A DNA stretch of 64,000 bases from Isurus oxyrinchus (GCA_026770705.1 JANJGN010000387.1:434001-498000), one strand, 5' to 3'; shown: positions 26,547 to 40,639, counted from the first letter of the stretch. Notes: generated from the sequence alone by a model not told the origin. Made by a program: numbers and translations.

Positions 26547-26900
26547 ACATGTTGTAGAAGCTTATGCTCTTGCACTTATCAGGACAATTTGCAAGAGTAA
26601 CGCCGATTTCAACTGAACAAAGGACGGGAGAGCCTGTCTCTGGCTCATGGCCTCATCAAATGTCTTGACCAATCAGAGTCAACATACTTGATTTGAATGT
26701 AAACAACGGTTGACAGTTAACTTCCATTCATCAGGTCATTATCGCATTCTCTATTGCAACGCCACGAGTAATCCATTTTCACTCGCCCATCAATCATCAC
26801 TCTCTTCTCATGACGTTTTAAGTGTTGTTCCCTTTGATTTTTTTGTTACTCTTGCGAATTGTCCTGATGAGTCCAAGGTGAAAAGTTTCGAAAGCATGTG
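26547..26900. mobile_element. Small element bounded by ~55-bp inverted repeats, each carrying a hammerhead-like motif (Penelope-derived)
   Basis: TCTTGCACTTATCAGGACAATTTGCAAGAGTAAC (~26568) is the near reverse complement of GTTACTCTTGCGAATTGTCCTGATGAGTCCAAGG (~26845); CTGATGA at 26864. Confidence 0.65.
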
Positions 26901-26944
26901 TCTTTGATCAGCACTCTCACATTCTGTTCTACCGAACAACGAGT

Positions 26945-28330
26945 GAGTCCCACGTCAGTGGTCCGGAAACTATTGGAGAAAATTCTGAAGGAAAGAATCT
27001 ACCTTAACTTGGAGAGAGAAGGTTTGATAAGAGATATTCAGCATTGATTCTTCAGAGATAAGTCATGCCTAAAAGATTTGCCTGAATTTTTGAGGAGGTG
27101 ACCAGGTGTGTACATGGAGGTAGTGCAGTTGATGTAGTTAATATGGATTTCAGAAAAGCCTTTGACAAGGTCCCATATGGCAGCCTTATAAATAAGGCAA
27201 ATACACATGGGATACAGGGTAATTTGAAAAGGTGGATTATAAATTGGCTTAGTTGTAGGAGACAGAATGTAATTATAGAAGGCTGCTTTGGTGACTGAAA
27301 ACCCGAGTCCTGTGGTGTACCACAGAGATCTGTGCTGGGTTGCCTATTATTCGTTATTTATATAAATGACATAGATGACTATGTGGGGAGTAGGAATAGT
27401 AAGTTTGCGGATGACACAAAGATTGGCCGGTTGGTTAACAGTGAGGTTGAGAGGCTTGGGCTGGAGGAAGATATCGGCGTGGTGGTCAAATGGGCAGATA
27501 AGTGGCCGATGGAATTTAACACTGAAAAGCGTGAGGTTATACACTTTGGAAGGAGTAATTTGACAAGGAAGTATTCAATGAACGGCATGGCACTAGGAAG
27601 ATCTGAGGAACAAAGGGACCTTGGTGCATGTGTCCATAAGTCTCTGAACGCAGAGGGGCATGATAGTGGGGTGGTGAAAAAGGCATTTGGGACAATTGCC
27701 TTTCTCAATCGAGGCACGATTGCAAAAGTAGAGGGGTCATGTTGGAGTTGTATAGAACGTTGGTGAGACCACAGCTGGAGTGCTCTGTGCAGTTTTGAAC
27801 GCCAAATGATAGGAAGGATGTGATTGTGCTAGAGGCGGTGTAGAGGAAGTACACGTGGATGCAGCCTGGGATGAACCATTTACGTTATAAAGAGTGGTTG
27901 GATAGAGTTGGTTTTTTTCGGCGAAACAGAGAAGACTGAGGAGTGGCCAGTTCAAGGTGTACAAGCTTGTGAGGGGTATTGAAGGGGTGGATAGGGACAG
28001 CTGTTCCCCATAGTCAGAGGCTCAGTCACGAGGGAACACAAGTTCAAGGTGAGGGGCAGGAGGTTTCGTGGGGATGTGAGGGAAAACGTTTTTTACCCAA
28101 GTATTGGGGACGGTCTGGAATGCGCTGCCTGGGACAGTGGTGGAGGTGGGTTGCCTCACATCCTTTATAAAGTGTCTAGATGAATACTTGGCACGTCCTA
28201 ACATTCAAGGTTGTGGGCCAAGTGCTGGTCAACGGGATTAGTTAGGTAGGTCAGGTGTTTCTCACGTGTCAGTACAGGCTCGATGGGCCGAAGGGCCTCT
28301 TCCGCACTGTGCGATCCTTTGATTCTGTGA
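26945..28330 (+). mobile_element. CR1-like LINE, 5'-truncated RT and tail
   Basis: VDVVNMDFRKAFDKVP, LLFVIYINDID, SKFADDTKIG; frameshifted. Confidence 0.92.
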
Positions 28331-30449
28331 CTACTTATTAAATTTTCCATGAAATGATTGTCATGATTATAAACAGTAGAATCAAATCTCTAAATTCGCT
28401 GACCTATCAACAATTGAAGCGAATGACTGACTCTCTTCTTGCCTAAACATCGTTTTAATCATTTTATTATCTGAGTGAATGCACTTGAATTTGAAAGAAT
28501 GGGACAACTGGCAATATGCTTCCTCGCCGATGGTGCAGGTGAACGATTTATTACCTGTGGAAACATTTCAATAAATCTCCAGCTGGGGTGGGCAAACGAA
28601 TCCCTTTCTATGGTCCAGGTATTGTCAAGGTTTGCTTCTGTAGAGTACGTCCTGTCTCTGCCCAGGTTGGTAATCCATTGAAATCTATTCCACAGACAGA
28701 AGTGTTGCAGGGTCTCTCCCCATTGCAAATGCTGCAACTTCAATTGTAATTCTATGTCAGTGATTGCAGATCTTTGCATCGTCATTGCATTAGAACACAC
28801 TCAGTTGGGTGCGTGTTTTATTGTGCTTCCAGCAACACTGGCCTTTGAAAATAAATTCCACTGTCTGTATTGGCAAACATTGCTCCTTTTTTTTGTTTTA
28901 CTTTCTGTTCTCCATTCGCGGGATCCCCTCTCGCTGTCGCCTGAAAGAATTGCTTTTGGATGGTTTTTAGTTTTGCATTTACCCAACAGCCTTGGAGTTC
29001 CTCTCCTGAAGATATTGACTCAGAGGAAAAGCAGGATACATCCAGCTGCTCTAATATTTCCTATAATTCAGTTAGATCATGGGTAATCTATATATAACTT
29101 GCATCTACCGACTTTAGTTTTATTCTCTTTCAATGGTTTTCCTGAAAGTAGTCATTCTATCTCATTTTCGATTGACTCCGATTCTCTTTGAATCTTTAGG
29201 AGAAAATGGTCCAGGGGCATGGTAACACAGTAATTATTTTAATGGACTAAAATACAAAATCCATTTTATTGATTCGCGACATAATTTAAGATCCCACAGC
29301 AGTGGCTAAAGTAGTTGAATTAAGTTCTCTAAGTGCAACTGAAATTAAGAAGGCAAAGAAAAAGAAAAATGACACATCACGAATAATGACCATGAAAGTA
29401 TATTCTTATCAAGAAGGAAAAAATTGCGTTCTGTTTCATTAATGCATCTTAGTGCAAGGATTGTGCTTTAGTTCCCCTGCTTGGAGAACATGTGATTCCA
29501 GACCCATGGAGATGTATTTAAGTGTTAACCATTGTCTGAAATGGTCGAGCAAGCCGCTATGAAACAAAAAAAGAAAAGTAACAGTGTGAGGAACACTCGT
29601 GATTTTCCCAGCTGCTGGAAGCTACAAAGGGAAAGCCAGCCCAATCGATCCTGCAAAGCTCTCCTCATTCACATCTTGGGACATGAGAGCTGACCCTCAA
29701 ACTAGCCAATGGAAAGTCTGACATTGTCGGACTCGCCGAATCAAACCGTTGAGAAAATGTTCCAAACTCTTCCATCACCAGCTCTATTCATGTGCTGTCC
29801 CAAAGGCATAATAACAAAATGTATCGTAAAATGTGGCACGCTATTTGCCACAACAGGATGGAACATTTGTCCTCAAAATCGAAACGGGCTAAATCACAAT
29901 TAAATTTAGACAATGTTCAGATATCTCTTTGAGTTTTGCGAAGAGCAATTAGATCTCCTGGCCTTGAAGAAAAAAGCTTTGTAATCTTGAATACAACTAT
30001 ATCATTGCAGTAAAAATAATACTTTGTGCATTCCATGGCTAGTAATTATAAAAACGCCAATCTTTCAAATTTGCGCCTACAGTTTTGGAGCCAATGTAGT
30101 TTTTAACCGCCAGGCATCAGAAAGGATACGAAGCAAAACACACAATTTCAGTTATTGACCTGTTACAGCCATCTTCTTAATTAAGATGATCCATATAGAG
30201 AAGTCGTTTTCAAAGTGGACATCATTTCAGTAGTTGAATGTTGCAATTGTGAGCCATCTTTGAAAGTAATAATACCAGGCATCCAGTGTAGTTATATTAC
30301 ACATAGACTCCCATGTGGAAGTGTTTTCATAATTATATGCCAATTTGAATTTTGTCTAGTTAGCAAATGTCATGTGAATTTTGATTGCTTCCTATACTAG
30401 GCTGTGCTATTAAAATCAGGGATTTGAATTGTTTATTTCTTCTTGATGC

Positions 30450-30800
30450 TTTCACATGTCATGGATGTCACTGAACAGGCCATCATTTGTTGCCCATCCC
30501 TAATGACCTTTGTCCTGAGTGGCTTACTAGGCCATTTCAGAGGACAGTTAAGAGTCAACCACATTGTTGTGGGACTGGAGTCACAAGTAGGCCAGGCTAG
30601 TTAAGTGAACCAGATGGGTTTTTACAACAAACTGTGATAGTTCCATGGTCACTATTGCTGGGGCTAGTTTCACAATTTCTGATTCATTCAACGAGTTTAA
30701 ACTCTATCTGCTGCCGTGGTTTGATTTGATCCTCCCTCTCTAAGGTGTTAGACAGGTGTTCACACCTGGATTATTAGCTTTATCACAGTGCAACGGCGCC
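30450..30800 (-). mobile_element. SINE sharing its tail with the L2-like LINE
   Basis: CTAGGCCATTTCAGAGGACAGTTAAGAGTCAACCACATTG core; TTGCCCATCCCTAAT matches the LINE tail at 45930-45990. Confidence 0.75.
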
Positions 30801-31139
30801 ACTATCATCCCAATGTTATGGAGAGAAAAAACATGCAGAGAAACGCAGAGAGGTTTGGAAATCACACATACAATTGTGCTGCTTTAGATTACAGTGGGGA
30901 TACGTATCTCCTTTCAGTTTAAGATTCTACTTCAACCAATATATTGGTTTCATTTGTCCAATCCAGATATTCGAAGAAAGTTTATTTGAGATGTAAACTA
31001 TTGTATCTCAATTAACCAATTATAAGAAACAATAATTCATCGAAATGGATGAAATTATTTGAAAAGCAAGTATACAAAAATAAATCTGCAGTCTCTTTGT
31101 CCGCAGTGCTTTAGGCAAACTCGCTAAATGGTCACAGCC

Positions 31140-31670
31140 TTCCCTTTCGGGCCTGAAAAGACCTGGGTATATCTCAAATTATTCGGGAAGACTCAGGTAG
31201 CCCAAAATTGGAGCAACAGGTTAACAAAAAAAATGTTGTCACGATGCAATGGCGACACGAGTGGTATTGTCCACTAATTGGTTGAAGATAATAGAACAAG
31301 CCAAGTTTCTACTCACCAGGCAATTGAATAACGCAATGTATGAATTCCAGCACCAGCAAAGTGAGTCAGAGATCTCAGCGATTGGTCGGTCAAGTCAAAC
31401 AAAATGTCCCTCCACCCGGTACGTAATATACAGAACAAAGATCCAATTGAAGCAGCCCGCGCTTGTAAAACTCGAATCAAAACTCCAACAGTTAGAAATG
31501 ATTCCACGAATGGTCACAGTCATTGAGAAGCCTTGAGTGCGCTAATTGCAGCACACTAGCAAGAACTTCAAGGTGATCAGTCAAGTTGTTCACGTGGTTC
31601 ATTAAAACTTGTCAGGGGCAACATGCATTCATAAACAAGGGCTCGATCTCTGCAAGCTAAATTAATTTTC
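31140..31670 (+). mobile_element. Penelope-like GIY-YIG endonuclease relic
   Basis: FGPEK..VYLKL, ATRVV, YEFQ and I.KQG..LC remnants; same family on the minus strand at ~34080-34350 (YFNTQSPVLCKQK). Confidence 0.7.
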
Positions 31671-31699
31671 CAAGGTTTTTTCAAATTTTGTGTCCAGAA

Positions 31700-32090
31700 T
31701 TTAGGCTTCACTGGCTAGGCTAACATTTATTGCCAATCGTCAATTGTCCTTCGGAAGGTGATGGCGAGCCGCGTTCTTGAACCGCTGCAGTCCATGTGGT
31801 GTACATACAGCACAGTGCATTTACTGAGGAAGTTCAAAGATTTAACCTCCACCACAGTGAAGGAGCGATGATCTGATCGAAGTCTGGATGGTGTGTGGCG
31901 TGGAGGAGAACTTGAAGTCGATGGTGTTCTTATTTATTTCCTGCCCTTGATCTTCCAGGCAGTAGAGATCGTAGGTTGGTAAGATGATGTCTAAGAAGCC
32001 TTGGTGAGTTCCTGAAATGCATCCTGTAGGTTGTTCACAACTGCTGCCTCTTTGCATCGGTGGTGCAGGGACTGTTTGTTTGTCGATGCG
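31700..32090 (-). mobile_element. L2-like LINE tail
   Basis: Similar to 130-500. Confidence 0.7.
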
Positions 32091-32099
32091 GTGGTAATA

Positions 32100-33260
32100 G
32101 CTAAGTGATAATAAGAAATTGCAACAGCAGTAAGCCATTAGGCCGCTCAAGCCTGCCCCGCCATTCAATAACATCATGACTGATCTGCCCCAGGCCTCAA
32201 ATCCTCTTTACTGACAGCTCTTCATGAAGCTCAACTCACGATATTTCAAAAATCTATCCATCTCTTCTTTAAATACCTTCAGAGATCAAGCCTCCACAAC
32301 TCTCTGGGGTAGAGAATTCCAGACATTCAATACTCTCAGAGAGAAGATATTCCTTCGCAACTCAGTTTTGTATGTGTGGCCCCTTATTATGTAACTATGT
32401 CCCCTCGCTCGAGATTCCCCCACTAAAGCGAACATTTTCTCAACATCTACCTGTCAAGCAACCCCTCCCCTCAGGAATCTATTCATCTCAATAAGATCAT
32501 CCCTCATTCTTCGAAACGCTAATAAATAAAGTCCTAATGTGTTTAGCCGTTCTTGATAAGTCAACTCCTTCATCCCAGGAATCAGCCTGACGAATCCCCT
32601 TTGAACTGCATCTGATGCCAATATATCAATTCTTAAATACAGGGGCTGAAAGTGTTCACAGCACTCCAGGTGGGGCCCCACCAAATCCTGCATATTTGTA
32701 ACAAGACCTCCCTATTTTTTAAACTGTAACCCCCTAGCAACACAGACCAAAATGCCATTTGCCTTCTTAATTACTTGTTACATTTGCATGTTAACGTTTT
32801 ATGCTCCGTACACAGGAACAATCAGAGCCTGCACGTTTTTGAAGTCTCTCTCCATTTTAATAATAGTCTGCCTTTTGATTCTTCCTACAAAAGTGAATGA
32901 CCTCACACTTTCCGGCATTAAACTCCATCTGCCAAGTGCTTTTGCTCACTCACTCAACCTATCTACAACACCTTTTACATTCCTTATGTCCTTTCACAAC
33001 ATGTCTTCTCACCTATTGCTGTAGCATCAGCAAATTTGGATACATCACACTCTGTCCGCTCCTCCAAGTCATTGCAATAGCTAATAAATAGTTGAGGTGC
33101 TAGGACTGATACTGTGGCACTCCATTTGTTGCGTCTTTCCAACGCATCTGAAAAGGACACATTAATCCAGATTCTTTGTCTCCTCTCTGTTATCCAATCC
33201 TCAATCCGTGCTAATACATTTCTCTCAATACCACGGGCTCTTAATTTGTGCAATAAGTTC
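32100..33260 (-). mobile_element. CR1-like LINE RT and tail
   Basis: HKLRARGI...IEDW, SKFAD, LVGPHLECC..., RRMRDDLIE. Confidence 0.88.
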
Positions 33261-33275
33261 TGTCAAGTTCCCTCA

Positions 33276-33314
33276 AGTTCTGTCGAAGGATCATGAGGAC
33301 TCGAAACGTCAACT
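33276..33314 (+). ncRNA. Minimal type I hammerhead-ribozyme-like motif at a Penelope terminus
   Basis: AGTT-CTGTCGA-A-stem II-GAAA-CGTC-AACT: stem I AGTT/AACT, GUC cleavage triplet, non-canonical core position 6. Confidence 0.55.
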
Positions 33315-36300
33315 CTTTTCTTCTCCGCCGATGCTGCCAGACCTGCTGAGTTTTTCCAGGTAATTCTGTTTTTGTTTTTAACTTGTAACAGATGTTCCTC
33401 ATCCCTGTCATTATTTCGAAAGCTATAAATTCCTTGCAAAATGTTCTTCCCAGAACTGGCCTCAAATGCTTCAGCTGAGCCAAAACGTTCTTGTGTTTTT
33501 ATCCTAGGTTGCTACTTATAGAATCAAACATCCTGTATGCCGATTTATAAACATATGGGACATGTATTTTGCTCCTGAAATCCCATTACCATCATATCCT
33601 TTAATCGAGTTTTCTTATCCTTATTCTTCATTCGAAGATGATCCACTTGACAGATAGCTACGTTAAAGTTAATCAACCAACTTGTATGCCCATGTTAAAA
33701 ATTTGTCTATGGCTTTTGGAAGTTCAGCACCCTCGTCACATTGGTTTGCAATATTTTCAAGTTTTGACACATCTGTAAGCTTTGAAATTTTGTCACGTAC
33801 ACCCAAGTCAAAGCCATTATATATATCCAGAAAAAGGGTGCTGACACCAACTCCTGGCGAAATCTTCCTCCAATTAGAAACATTTTTTGACTCGTAAGGT
33901 CACTTTTTAAGAATACTGATGTAAGAGGAAAACAGCAATTTATACTGCATGTGAAGAGAGTGCTGATTGCTTGGCAAGTGGACTCCGGCAGAGGAATTGT
34001 CATGGAGAATGCACCAATTATGGCGACTGAAAGTTAACTCCTAAGCTTTGTTTGAAATTTTAGCTAGGCAGCTTGGCCTTGATTAGTCAATGCATTGCCT
34101 TGAGGAATAAGTCAGCAAATGGCTGTCACTTATTGTGTTTAGCTGAACCAGGCACAATGTGTGTGCATGTCTTTTCTGCTTGCAAAGAACAGGGCTCTGT
34201 GTATTAAAATATGCAGCGTCCAAATACATGCAAATGCAACACTCTGCAAGCCCAAATGATAATCTAAATTGGTTGTCAGCGTTATTCTTAGTGCAATTAA
34301 TTTTTTTTAACAAATGTTCTCGAGTTCTGGAATCGCATCCAATGTTGAACACTGTAATTTTAGCTTTACCAGCATGGCCCGGCCGGTTGGATATGTTCTG
34401 TACTTTGCCCGTTTTGAGGTTCAGTGAGCAGCAACATTTGCATGATTTACGCCATTTAGAAACATTATCTTACCCTTTCTTACCGCCAAAGTGCACAACT
34501 TCACATTTGTGCACTTTGTGCTCCGATAGGAAGTCCATCTGTTGCCCTCTCCCTTAACCTTTCGACATCAACTTTCAGCCTCCTTGTGTTCACCTCACAG
34601 CTTGCACCCGCACCTAGCATTGAATCGTCAGCAACTCAATTATTTTCCAGGTCTTTTCCGAAGTGATTAATGCAAATTGTAGCTGAGGCCATCATTGAAA
34701 GTTGCGGCACTCCACTGGTGACAGCCTGCCAGCCTGAAAGTGCCCAGTAAACCGTATTATTTGCTTCCTCGACATTGACCGATCTTCTACTCATGCTAAT
34801 GTATTCGCTTCAAACCCATGAGTTATCATCTTATGAACTAACCTTTGTGTGGAATCTTGAGGGATTTAAGTTCGAAGTCCAAGTCTATGACATCAACTGG
34901 TATCTAAAAGGGGGTAAAAACGATGTCACTATCATAACCCATGAAGATCCTCCCCAATCATAGCATAAATCTATTAATGAGTTGTTCAGAATTCTTAACA
35001 ATCGATTCCCACAGTTCCTGGTGACCGAAGAAAGGCTCACTGTACTTCTGGTCGACATGTGGCATTTTGTTTTACCATCTCTCTCTGTTGAAGTGCAAAT
35101 AATATCTGTCTCTCCAATTCAAAACATCTTCCTACAGCTTATCTTCTTCAGGTTTTGCAGTCGACCATCTTCAACAGCTTTGTTTCCTCCAAAATTCGGC
35201 CATTGTTGTTGTGTCATCGAGCTTCGGGTAATTATTAACGGCATTAAAAAAAAAGGTTCAAATAAGGAGACTCTAGGATATCCACTTTAACAGCTCCTCA
35301 GGCCAATTCATCTCTGTATCCATGCCTTATAGACACCATGCATCAACATGCTAGTAACCCCTTGAAATATATATCCACTGATTCCAGCAACTGATTCCTA
35401 GATGAACTACGTACAAGGACTAAAAAAGCCAAGGGTATCACATCCATTAAATGGACCCTACCTAGTGAAGTTTAATGATACAGACTCACTTTCATGAACA
35501 TATATCGACTATATATTGAGATAACTTTACATCCATCTGTTCCATGGCTTTATTTGCAGCAACGGTTGCACAGCATTACACACTCTGAACATCAAACTCA
35601 TTACTTTGTACTTTCCTGGATCAAATTTGCATCTGCTTTTCTGGAGCACCAACCACTCTTTAATAGTCAGGGCTTTCTCTTTGATTTGTGTGCGGCACCC
35701 TGCAGGTTGCTTACGTATTTACATAAGGAAGCTCGATTAAATTTAAGTGGCCACTTAGGTCGACGAATCAGAATTGAATTTTGGACAGCTGTTCATCAAC
35801 CATGTTGATCGCAATGTGACCTGAGTCACAACGATTCTCTGACACGCTCTATAAAAAAAGTCATTTTTTTAATCCATGGAGGTGTTTTAAATATCTGCAC
35901 GAAATTCGCCTATTCCCACTTCTCTACTAACAGTAAAAGAATATATTTCTGGGTCGCAATTACTGATGATTGAAAATTTGTCTGTCTGAATATCCCACTC
36001 CAATAACACGGAAAAAATACAATATCAAGTTATTCTGCTCTCTTCAGAGAGTGTTTCTATATGCATGAGGAAATGCTGGACACATTTCGTCGGCTGGATA
36101 ACATCTCGGGATTGAGAACAAAAAAACAGTTAACTGTTTCAGGTCGATGAGCTATCAACGAAAGTGAAAAGTGTTAGGGGAGTTCTATGGACGTGCTGAT
36201 TGGACTTTCAGTCAACATGTGTGGACTATTCAGTGGACATATTCGTGAAAATTTTATCTTGGAACATTTAATCAGTTGAAATTTCCCAATCATCTGCAAA

Positions 36301-37364
36301 TGTTGCGGCATTTATCTCAATGGGAATTCCTTGATTTTTGAAGCATTACCATTCTGGATGACCCCGAGTCTTAATCTCATTTAAGATCATAATTTCCAAC
36401 CAATAGATTTCCTCAGCTTAATCTTCCTACCAAATTACACTACTTCAATCTTGTTCAGAATCAAATTACTTTGCCATTTATCCTCATGAGTATTTGATAT
36501 TCTGGTATTTGGTCACATTTATCCTTAGCATAAGCAAAACCTCAACCCTTCCTAAATTAGCGAGGTACGCAAATGTTTTATACTATACTTCCCAACACTG
36601 AGATCAGCTCATTCAAGTCCATTGTGGTAAATGGTGGCTATCCCCATGGGTTATCGCTCCTACTTGGCACCCGTAGTAATAACTATATTCAATTCCTGCG
36701 CTCTGTTTTTCTTTTCTGTTTGTTTTATTTTGGTGGGAGAGGTTAAAAAACCACTGGGAATATCTGGACTTTTTAAATAAGTTATTCATGGTGACCTGTG
36801 TATGCACAAGCTGAACACTTGGTAGAAGCAGACTGGACAATATGTCTTCCAAAAATGAATCACTATTTAGAAAGGAAAATAAATTACTATGAGAAAGAGC
36901 ATTGGAATCGGACAAATGGAATAGCACTTTCAGGAAAAGGAATAATGTGTGTACTGGCCTCCATCCGTGCAGTGCAATGCTAAGCTTTGTTATCCATTCA
37001 GCTACTGAAAAACTGAAATAAAATATTAATAATTTTATCCTCAATTAAATAAACGGCTATAAAATGGTAGGCAAACGTGCACAAGTAAAAAAGCAATGGC
37101 GTAAACATAACAAAAGGCACTGGATGCTGAAGACATGAATGTTCCGATGAAATGGCATCGACGTGACACCTTGGCTTTCCATCTTTCTCCTCGTGAGTGT
37201 TATCTGTTTCTATATAATAACAGGTACTTTCACATGGATAAATTCCAGCTTTATTCTGACATCACATAATTTTTAATGTATCATATGAATTCTTGTCGTT
37301 ATTTTTTTTCTGCTGAGATTAATTGAGGTTCCCATTGGCCAACCCCTCGGTAATATCCGTGTAG

Positions 37365-37641
37365 ATTCCACAGACCACATCTGGATTGAAGGCTATGAGG
37401 ACGATAACGGGAACATCTGGACAAAATCTCCAACAATCATCATCCTGTTCTTCCTGAGCATTTTCGACAGCATTGCTGTCACTCTGGTAAAGGTGAGAAG
37501 ATTCAATCCACTCATGCTACAATCTGACAGAAACGGTTTGAAAATTTTCTAAACATTTCAACAATTAAAAGTAATAACATAAATGCACCTGATCATAAAT
37601 ATCTGCTTCATTATTGTCTCCTTCTTTTACAGATGAAGTGA
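37365..37641 (+). pseudogene. Orphan immunoglobulin heavy-chain (IgM-like) membrane exons TM1 37365-37492 and TM2 37633-37641
   Basis: TAG|(D)STDHIWIEGYEDDNGNIWTKSPTIIILFFLSIFDSIAVTLVK|GTGAG, then TTACAG|ATG AAG TGA; AATAAA at 38051. Matches the IgH TM pattern WTTASTFI.LFxLS.FYS..VTL.KVK. No CH exons seen upstream. Confidence 0.88.
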
Positions 37642-39049
37642 TCGGTTGAATTTGGACCTCGTAGCTTTTCCTCAGCTGTATTTTAAGATCTCTGTATTCC
37701 AATATAAAATCTGTTCTCTTGGTGATTCTAAAGGTGAAATGTCTTCACTTTGTGATCCCGAATCTGTAACCGAACCTGTAGCAGTATTTCCGATTTCATG
37801 TATGAAATATGTGAGATGAAAATGGTTGTAATGTAATTGTAGCATCTAATTTCCCTGGAGTTAGGATTTGAATTGTAATTAAGTAACGTTTTCATTCGTT
37901 ATTCATTATTGCCCCCTTCCCTTTCCTTTGAGCCACAGTTTTCTCTTTCTGATCTATGTTCCAGTGGTACATACAATTTACCAAATGTGAGCGCATGTGT
38001 TCTGTTCCCAACGTGACCTCAGGCATTGTATTCACTTCTGTTAACTTTAAAATAAAATTTCCTGTGAAATATTCTCTGATATTACTAATAAATCTGGAAT
38101 GAAAAGTGAGCTAACTGTGACTTTGCTGAATTCCTTTCCCCAAGGCCCATCGACACCGCTGCATTTTCCCTGTTACACATTTCTCTCAGTTTTACCAGTC
38201 CTGTCGGGGTTCTGTTTACACCCATCGCCCCATCCGTGTAAGGAGACCTTTACCTCTGCCTGTTTCTGGCTATTGCCCGAGGTGGAATGATTGAACAGGG
38301 AGAGTCACCTTGGTGACTTCACTCTGGACGGTCACAGACACATGTCTGGCAATTCCAAATTGTAGGGTTCGGCTTCATCGGAGGCTGATATAGGACAGGA
38401 AATTGGAGCAGAAAACTTCCTTTAAAATACCCCATCAAACACTCCCACCGTTGGTGCAATCATGGTCAGAAAAAGGTTAAAGATCCCTCTGCAATGTCCG
38501 ATTAAACACTTTGAAGTGGGGATGCCACAGGCTAGATATATAACACAGGCAGAATACGGAGCACAAACCAAGGGATGTTTCCAGGGGCTGGGGCGTGTCT
38601 GGCATTGCTATATTATTAAGTACAAATCCTGCAAATTATTATAGAGCTTTAGGTCTATTGGACATACGGGGGGCTGGTGGGGGTGGGGGGGGGGGTCAAA
38701 ACTGCGAAAATACTCAAAGATGGGGTCCAACTTTATGCTGCAAGCAACCATAAACATGGGGCTTGTTCACAGATCCTGGGGCCGATCGGATACTGAGACA
38801 CTGGCTTTCCATTTTCTCTTAAATACACAAATAGACGTAGCCTGCACCTCGCCCTGCCACACCCCTTTCCGTTCAGCATATACATGGTCCTTATTCCAGT
38901 AAACGCAGGCCGACTCTCCACTTCCACCTTTTCTGTTAAATCCATTAGCGCTGTCATTCTCCCTTCTGCTTTGATAATGAACTGTATTCCTGATCAGCTC
39001 ATTCCTACTGATACCATCTCCCTGAACTCGCTAAACATCACCCCAGGGG

Positions 39050-39260
39050 TGAAAACAGAAAACGCTGGAAATATCAGCAGGTCTGAAAGAATCTGCAGAG
39101 GCAGAAACAGAGTGGTCTTCTCGATTCGGTATGACCCTTCTTCAGCTGAACTCGAAAGGTCAACTCTGTTTCTCTCTCCTCAGATGCTGTCAGGCCTGCT
39201 GAGTTTTTCCAGCAATTTTTGTTTTTGTTTCAGATTTCCAGCATCCGCAGTATTTTGCAT
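39050..39260. mobile_element. Palindromic (tail-to-tail) Penelope terminal repeat; a second one at 39600-39840
   Basis: GCTGGAAATATCAGCAGGTCTG...ATCTG is inverted relative to CAGATGCTGTCAGGCCTGCTGAGTTTTTCCAGC. Confidence 0.75.
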
Positions 39261-40639
39261 TTATCACCCCAGGGATTTTGTTCTACCTGCTTCATCGTTT
39301 CGTCAGACGATACTTCAGAGCCTCCCAATCACGGGAATAACAGCAGAAGTTTCTCTTCATATCCTGCTATCTTCCAATATCATCCATCTGAAACTGCGCC
39401 ACTTTTCTCCAATTCCTCAGAGTTCAGGCGCGAGGTTCCATGTTGTTGAATAAAGGAAGGGTTAGGCAGAGAAAAATTACCTACACATCTTCAAGACTCG
39501 GAATGATATTTATGAATGAGTGGAGTTTTTGCTTAAACCCTGTCTCTCTCCCAATCTCTCTCCCTTCCTCTACCGCAAAGCCCGTCAGGACATCTGAATC
39601 AACAACAGAAAAAGTTGTAAAATCTCAACGGTTCATAAAGCATCTGTGAAGAAAACGACAGGGTTAACGTTTCGAGCCCGCATGATTCTACTTCAGATTC
39701 TTCTTATCTGAACAAAAGTCATAAAGACTCAAAACGTTAATCCTGTCTTTATCTCCACAGGTGATGTTGGACATGCTGAGGTTTTGCAGCATTTTCTCTT
39801 TTAGTTTTAGATTTCCAGAAACCGCAATATTTAGCTTTTACTGTTCAGGACTTCCCTCCTCTCATGGCTGCATTTTTTTTAACCGCTGTCATTGCACATG
39901 GGATTTGGGAGTGGCTTATTGATGCAATATAATGGGGATAAAACAGTAAGGCAGATTATTATCTGAATGGCTATAAATTGAGAGAGGGGAATGTGCAACG
40001 AGACCTGGGTGTCCTTATTGTTTCAGCAGAATGGATGTGTGAGTGACACACTTCTAGCTCCTGGAGCAGCTGAACAACCGTTCCCCAGTGAGAACAGACA
40101 ATTAGTGTTTTGGCGGATCCATACTTTCTTCTGTTGTTCGTCCAGCGCTGTAAACATCATCCCAGGCATTCTCTGCTATGCCCCCGCCCCCTCCACACGC
40201 ACAGGGAGATCCTGGTGTATTGGTAATGTCACGATGCGGATGAGCTAAAAAGGCAGGCTCCCGCTCTAGCACAAATGTTCAAGCCCTGTTACAGCAACTG
40301 GCTGAATTCCCGTCAAAAAATCAGGAATTGAAACCCTTTCAGGAATGGGGATGATTTCGGTCTAAATATGAAATCTCTGGTAATCTCCAGGAATTCTCCA
40401 CATTCTGGCTGCTCCACGAGATTCCAGACTCACAGCAATGTGGCTGGTCCTGAAATATTCTGGACACCGTGAGTTATATCAAAACGCTGCAGACAATCCA
40501 AACCAGATGGACAACTTCTCTTCAAGAACGTCCCCACCAACAACTTATCCAGGGAAATGAGGGATGGAAATAAACACTGGCTTTGTCTGCAATGCTCCAT
40601 TCAAATAAAGAATGCAATAAAAATCCAAACCTATCGCAA

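Noticed and set aside
38884-39453. 189-aa ORF
   Set aside because: Runs through a palindromic Penelope terminus and has no domain features.
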